A DNA stretch of 64,000 nt. Origin: Lingula anatina (taxonomy: Eukaryota > Animalia > Brachiopoda). The DNA lies in the NCBI GenBank assembly GCA_051362555.1, contig CM120641.1, positions 17,422,001 to 17,486,000 on the forward strand, written 5' to 3'. Both the position numbers and the translations under genes were made by a program. Below are positions 57,801 through 64,000 of the stretch, piece after piece; the first letter of the stretch is position 1; every line of letters begins with the position of its first letter. The notes under the pieces are model-generated. The model did not search any database, was not told the DNA's origin, and worked only from the letters and a program-made list of their open reading frames with translations.

Positions 57801-60800
57801 TCCAATATACTAATATATTCAAAGATTAAGCGTAGCTTGCACGCTTCGTGTATTTTCCAGGTGAGTCAATTATTTTTGTTAGTGCAAACGATCTCATGTG
57901 GATCTGGAATGTATGGCTTGGTTACGAAAACAGCTGAAAGGAAATAAGTAAAAACAATAACTTTTGATTGGCATTTGGGTTGGCAGTAGGCGGGATTCCG
58001 ACTAAACTAACGGGCTTTCTTTCTCTGTTAGGGGAGGGGGTCCCAAGTGTGTTCCACGTAATTTGTGTAATTAGGAAAATCATTAAATTAACGTGCCACA
58101 TGCTAAGGTTTTATCAGCCTTAATGATTGGCCAATTGTAGGGATAGGACTTTTTAAAAAGATGAAATCCATATTCTAGATGCGTCTCCCTGAACTTAATA
58201 CACAACCTCATCTCTATGATCAGAATACCTTAGGCCTATCCAGAATTTTACTGGCGACTGTGAGCAAATGCTGAGCAGTAGTAAAACGTGAGCGAGGTTC
58301 TGGCAGCACACTGAAATCTGCAGCGAGGGGCGTGGCGCATGGCTGTACGGTCTTGTCTTTGAACAGAAGTGAAACGGGTTTCTTACTGATAATTTCAATC
58401 GCATATCCTCAGTTGGCCATAGATGTTTGTGAGGAACTCCATTATTTTCTGCCATAGATCATGGATAATGAACAGTTATCAATTTAATAAAGTTAATTAG
58501 GGCAATCATACTCTTCAAACCAGTGTCGTTATCGATCTATTTTACAAAATGAAAAGTATACCGTTGAAAAATGTCTCTTTGTCAGACTGCTTTTGATAGA
58601 AAATACTTGATATATTTTCTTTCTAATTTCCTTGAAACGCATGAAGGGTAATTGACTCATAACGTAAGAAAAGATCTTCGCTTCTTTTTTTCTCGCGTCT
58701 TGCAGTGAGGTTGTTATTATCAAATGGCGTTTATCTTTCTGAACCATATTTCAAAGTTGACCAAAGGTTACGTGCATCCTTCATATGGAATAATGTCAAC
58801 GTCACAGGTGTCGTCTCACCTTAGGCGAGGCCACTGAAGTTAAAGGTATTCTATCCTAGATTTTTGCGCCCAATCGAAATTTCCCTCGAGAAAATAAGCA
58901 ATTTTCTCCAACACATGAACCTATATATGCATTGCTTGGCCTGTCACCGACTTGGATTCAATGTTGAATTCTAATTTAAAAATTCAGTTCTAAATGTCTG
59001 GCCAGACACAATATAACCACTTTTGTTCGGAGATCAAATGCCGTTACCAAATGTTATAGGTTAGGAATATCGTTCTTGATGTCGTCTGCGTGTCATGACA
59101 ATTAAGGATATGGATTTCTCACGTTTTGAGTATTGTTTTTCTTTGTTTGGCTTATTCTATAGATATTTTGATAAGTAATGGTTTATGTCAAATCAAATGA
59201 TCTGATCAGCGTTGAACCGTGTGACGGATCAAACTCTCTTGGTGCCAAAATGGAGGGATTGGGTAATCAGGTCTACATGACTATACAGATTAAGCTCTGC
59301 ATCCATTTAATCAATTACTTCTTTCTATACAATAACACCATTATGCCTCATTGGCAAAATTTCCTGTTTGTATTATGGGTCGCCGTTCATCATTGAAAGG
59401 GAAACTTCCTGCAACAATGGCAAGTTGCTGTTACCTGTCAATTGACTCCCTAAAACAATTATTACCCATTAATTTATCTTCATCACGTTGCAATACTCGT
59501 TGGAGTAATTATCTTGGTTAATTTGCGACAGTACATTGCATTTTCTCTTAATGCCAATGCATGTTCATCCATTTTGTTGTACTTCGTGTAGGAAAATGGA
59601 AAATGAAGTCTTCTAACTTAGAGAAAACCCGTCACTTGCCATCGTTAAGGGTGCCGTTCTGTTACTTTACCACATCCGCCGTAAATGAACTACGTTTATT
59701 TATAAATCGACGTGTTAAGATGCTTTTTATGACGTGTTCGTGTGAGGGGGTTTGGTGTAAGAAATGCTTTGAATGATATTGCCTGGTGGCCTTTGAACAG
59801 GGATATTATTGTAAAGGATGCGTCACTTTTGTGATATAAGTAGCACGTGCTGCCCACAAAGAAAAGAGTTACAGTTACGTTGAAAAAATCCCACGTACGA
59901 TCGCTTTAAACCATGTCTGTAAGACTCACAACGCAAACTTCCAACATACATGTCTCTTTACTCATATACACCGTATTACAATATAACCCCATTTGATGTC
60001 TCGACTTGTGCTAACAAACAGGTGCATTTCTATGTATAATATTCTACATATAAACGCTGAGTATAATGGGCAATATACCAACATGTGAAGATTGAATTAC
60101 TAAGACTAAATATTTCTATCATAAGACAATTACTCTGTTTATCGCCCATCTCATGGCAACCTTTCCACAGTATAATACAATTACATTGATTAGATTAAAT
60201 ACCAGCTACCAGCAGCAAATCTCTTCGAGATTAACCGATATTCTTACTTTAGGCACACCATACCTCATTTCCGTATTACCTCTGCTCAACGTTTGGCGGC
60301 AGTGTGTCTAGATGAACGTTATGAAACACTAATTTTCAATCTACCTAAACACAAACGTCTTACAACTTAGGCTGGCTAATGAGCAGCATGTCTTTATAGA
60401 ATAAGCCCGTGGAAACGGAAAACAAGGATATAATTGTATTAGAATTCTACTGTGTGATATGAACCAAGCGATACTCTTCGTCTGCCTATGGAAAATATTT
60501 TGGACGTATTATCTTTTACTAAAATTAAAACTGCTCAAGTTAGTGCCTGACGTTCTCTGAAATATGTGTATATATCTTCATGATTTAAACCTTATTTTCA
60601 GAGAGTTGCTCCACAGCACTGTGATGGTTACCCCCCCCCCCCCTCCCCAAGTTCTCAAAGTAGTATTGAAAAGTAATAGACTACAATTTAGTATTTTGTT
60701 CTAGATAGTTCTGAGACCCATGCCCTATTTGCTCACACGTGACCAAGTACCAGGGGTTTCAGTACTGGTAGGCGTTCTGAATTGCTTTGGGGGTTGGGCG

Positions 60801-60804
60801 CTTA

Positions 60805-60904
60805 ACCAGCAAACACAGAACGTTATTAAAACGTTACCATAATGTTTATATAACAAAAATGGCAACGTTATGGTAACGTTGTTAAACGTTTTGTGTTTGC
60901 TGGG
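60805..60904. mobile_element. 100-bp palindromic MITE with TA flanks
   Basis: TA|(A)CCAGCAAACACAGAACGTT ... AACGTTTTGTGTTTGCTGGG|TA with internal AACGTT repeats. Confidence 0.7.
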
Positions 60905-62187
60905 TATAGGGTTAACATCCTTGCTTCAACATCGTTAAATAGTGTGCAATTACATCAAAAATTATTTGCATGACAATTTTAACCATACACTGTTAAATGT
61001 ACATGGGATTTTAAGACAGGTTTGTTCTGCCTAAACTCATTTACACATAAAAAGTATCTATTTTCTGACGACAATTCATGTTTTTAATGACATGCATCTT
61101 GAAGAACTGAATGGTCCAGGTTCAGCATTAACTAATCTCTACCCTATTGCCTATCTATCTCGTAATATCTGAGTTGATTAGCAATTTTTTTTGGAACCAC
61201 ATCCCAATGTATCCAAAAAAGTAAACAAAATCAATTCAGTTGTTGACTACTGTAGGACCAGTATTAGGTTTACTTTAAATAAAAAAGATTACTAAAATCC
61301 ATGCTGAATTTTCCCATTGGCCAAAGTGAACGTTTTTGGAAGCTGTGTTTTGAATAACTAAATGGAGAGAACAAAAAACCTACTTGTGTCCACCGGTGAA
61401 TACATGTATAATTATTAGTTTCAATGAGGAAAAAATAAAAGTCTACGTCCTCGATCATCTACACTTCTCAGAGACGACATGTAGTACACATCACTCATAA
61501 CGTCTGGGCAAACATACTTTAAAATCTTTTTTAAGTCCCATTGTCCCTGGCAACTATGCCCATATATTCAGACACATATAATCATGTATATTATCATGGT
61601 GAAGTACCTCATCCAAACAGTTAATATTCCTAATCACGTACAAACAAACAAAGAAAATGCCTGCCTGGCTGAGGCAGTCGGTGAATAGGAACGCATATAT
61701 TCCATCTTGTTATAGTTACTGCGCGTTGCACAGTCACACAGATGGATTGTTACGTTTAATGTAGGGCCTATTCACCCACGCAGAATTAGCTTCTCGCCCT
61801 GCACACGCATGATACGTTTAAAGTTTATTTCAAGTTGGGTTTATTCACAAAAGTCTGTCTCCGGCACTCCATGAGGTAACATTTCACTTCATTACGTAGC
61901 ACCACGTAAAATGTTTTTCATAAAATTTACCTCTCCTTGCAGATAACAGTTTTCGTAATGCTGATCAAGAGAAGGCTGATTGCACTTTCTTTCCACTGAA
62001 TGGAATCCATACACCTTTTGGCGCGTATGATGAGCAGTTACTTTTTTCAAAATGAAAACATCTCGTCTCTTACGACTATTGCAACCGTTATAGGTTAACA
62101 CACAAGGACACTTACTTCTCACGGTTCAAAGAGTAATGGCCATTTTCTGAAAGTTCAATTCTTGAACATTATCTGAACTGATGCTTA

Positions 62188-63345
62188 CTACAGTCCCTCG
62201 TCTTCAACGCCGGTCACATAGGTCCTGCCATTTGTACAGGTCCCATTGTCTTTCTGGCAATCAATGTTAAGTTGTTGTCTCGCCTCGTCATTTAAGTCAT
62301 TGCGATGAAAACTTGTCCGTTCAAATTCCACTCTGAGAGACACGGGCGCTCGTCCACAACAGATGATTTTAGCGAATGCTTTTCGGAAGTTCTGTGAGAA
62401 AAATGCGTAGAGAATTGGATTAACGCAACTATTCATGTAGGCCAGGCATATCCCGATGATCTGCCAAACTAGAAACACTAATTGCAAGGTAAAGTTGCTC
62501 CCTTCGGGAACCGACTTCAGCCGTACCAGGAATAAAATCTGGATCGGCAGCCAGCACAGAGCGAAGATGACCACCACGACCACCACCATCCTGGTCACCT
62601 TCTTCTTGGCACGGGTGGATTCCGCAGACCGAGTCCCCACGGAGCGACCGCATAGCAAGCGGCGGAGCATGAGAAAGTAAAGCGTGCACACAATAAGCAG
62701 AGGAACTGCGTAGGCAAATATAAAGAAGCACCAGTAAAAAGCCTCTGTTTCTGTAGGAACGTTTGGAGACAGCTGAAGTGTCCAATCCGCGCATCTTGCC
62801 CTTTCTTCTCCCTCGTACTCGTAGTATTTCAAGTTGTACTGAAGAAATGACGGTATGTTCACAGCTAGAATAATGGCCCACAGAATCGCGATGGCTATGA
62901 TGGTGTTCTTTTGGGTCCGAATGGTCATAGACTTCACGGCGTGAACTACAGCCAGGTAGCGGTCAAGAGACATAAGTACGAGTGTCCATACACTGGCCCA
63001 CGCAGTGACATGAACCACATAATACATTAAACTGCAGAAAAGTTTCCCAAATGGCCAATAGCTATAGATATATGAAAGTGCGGTAAAAGGGACACAGAGA
63101 ATGATAAAAGATAAGTCAGCCACCGCTAAGTTCATTATCAAAATATTGGTGGTATTCCGCATTTGTTGGTTGACAGCGACGACTACAAGCACCAAAACGT
63201 TGCCGACAAAACCACATATTGTTATTAAAGAGAACACCACACCGACGGCCACATGTAACGCCGTTTCACTGTAGGAATCTTCAGAGTCCGTGTTGTTCGT
63301 GGAGTTATCTGCTGTGAAGAAAGTGGTATTTATGTAGTCCTCCAT
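62188..63345 (-). CDS. Class A neuropeptide GPCR, allatostatin-A/galanin receptor family (buccalin-receptor-like), single coding exon, 385 aa
   Basis: Seven hydrophobic segments. GN in TM1, MRNTTNILIMNLAVADL..CVPFTA, SVWTLVLMSLDRYLAVVH, CWLP, LAYMNSCVNPILYAF.SQNFRKAF. N-terminal N-glycosylation sequons. Confidence 0.9.
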   Translation of the reverse strand: MEDYINTTFFTADNSTNNTDSEDSYSETALHVAVGVVFSLITICGFVGNVLVLVVVAVNQQMRNTTNILIMNLAVADLSFIILCVPFTALSYIYSYWPFGKLFCSLMYYVVHVTAWASVWTLVLMSLDRYLAVVHAVKSMTIRTQKNTIIAIAILWAIILAVNIPSFLQYNLKYYEYEGEERARCADWTLQLSPNVPTETEAFYWCFFIFAYAVPLLIVCTLYFLMLRRLLCGRSVGTRSAESTRAKKKVTRMVVVVVVIFALCWLPIQILFLVRLKSVPEGSNFTLQLVFLVWQIIGICLAYMNSCVNPILYAFFSQNFRKAFAKIICCGRAPVSLRVEFERTSFHRNDLNDEARQQLNIDCQKDNGTCTNGRTYVTGVEDEGL

Positions 63346-64000
63346 TGCAGTCTGTGAAGTATGAGCCAGGATGGCAAGTATATTATGTGGCTACTGGCAA
63401 CGCAAGTAAGCAAGTAAGTTTTGATACGTCTAGAGGTCAACGTCTGTTAACAAACGTCCATCTTGCGCGCCATATTGACTTTGCATATTACATTACGATA
63501 AAGATGCACACGGGATGAAGGAATTTCTCAGGTGTCCATGCTTGAAGTTGAAATTAAACTGAGTGATCACTTTTTAAATGAATTCCAATTGTTGTGTCAA
63601 TCCACTTCTTGGTGTTACCCTTGGGAACTTGCAGATAATCTGAAAGAAAAAAAGGTAGAGATGGTTTTACATTAATAAGGTGTTGATACATATATAAGTT
63701 TGATAAAAATATCAGTCCTGGAATTTCACAAAGTTCAAGATAACACATATACAATGATCCTTTTTGCAATCCAACACTGGCATTTATCGCTGTAGAAAAA
63801 ATTCATAACGTTAACAAATACTGCAATCTTCTACCCAAAATACATGTCTGCAGCTGAAGATAAAAACGCCATGATTATAATGTAACTTTTTTTTTTTTTT
63901 TTTTTTTGTCACTTAAGATCTTCGAGGGTTGCCTTTTTTCACAGTAAACATCCGCAGAAAAGGCGCACATTCTCTGTTTAACGAACACAAAATAACACAC

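Noticed and set aside
62429-62881. 150-aa alternative-frame ORF and the antisense ORF within the GPCR
   Set aside because: Shadow ORFs of a GC-richer coding exon with no recognisable motifs.

Overview
AT-rich invertebrate animal genomic DNA (GT-AG introns; probably a lophotrochozoan such as a mollusc, by inference only). I reconstructed six protein-coding genes by hand from splice signals and frame continuity: exon 1 of a group XII secretory phospholipase A2 (-, runs off the left edge), a 9-exon MKK3/6 p38 MAPK kinase (-), a tweety-family (TTYH) gene (+), the U2AF large subunit U2AF2/U2AF65 (-), the Polycomb PRC1 E3 ligase RING1/RNF2 (+), and an intronless allatostatin-A/galanin-type GPCR (-). 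MKK3/6 with tweety and U2AF2 with RING1 form head-to-head pairs. Introns carry many non-autonomous DNA transposons: three CAG/CTG-ended families with 5-bp TSDs (hAT5-like), a Kolobok-type TTAA MITE in 3 copies, a Harbinger-type foldback, and a DINE-1/HINE-like Helentron with a ~145-bp tandem array and a nested MITE. A decayed Tc1 transposase lies in the intergenic DNA. The most notable signals are (1) arrays of tandem 3'-splice-site consensus motifs in the one long U2AF2 intron, a candidate autoregulatory decoy or poison-exon module, and (2) a tandemly duplicated, frame-symmetric exon pair encoding the tweety 'DDPF' tail motif. No CRISPR array, rRNA or tRNA was recognised. Coordinates were counted manually and may be off by a few bases.
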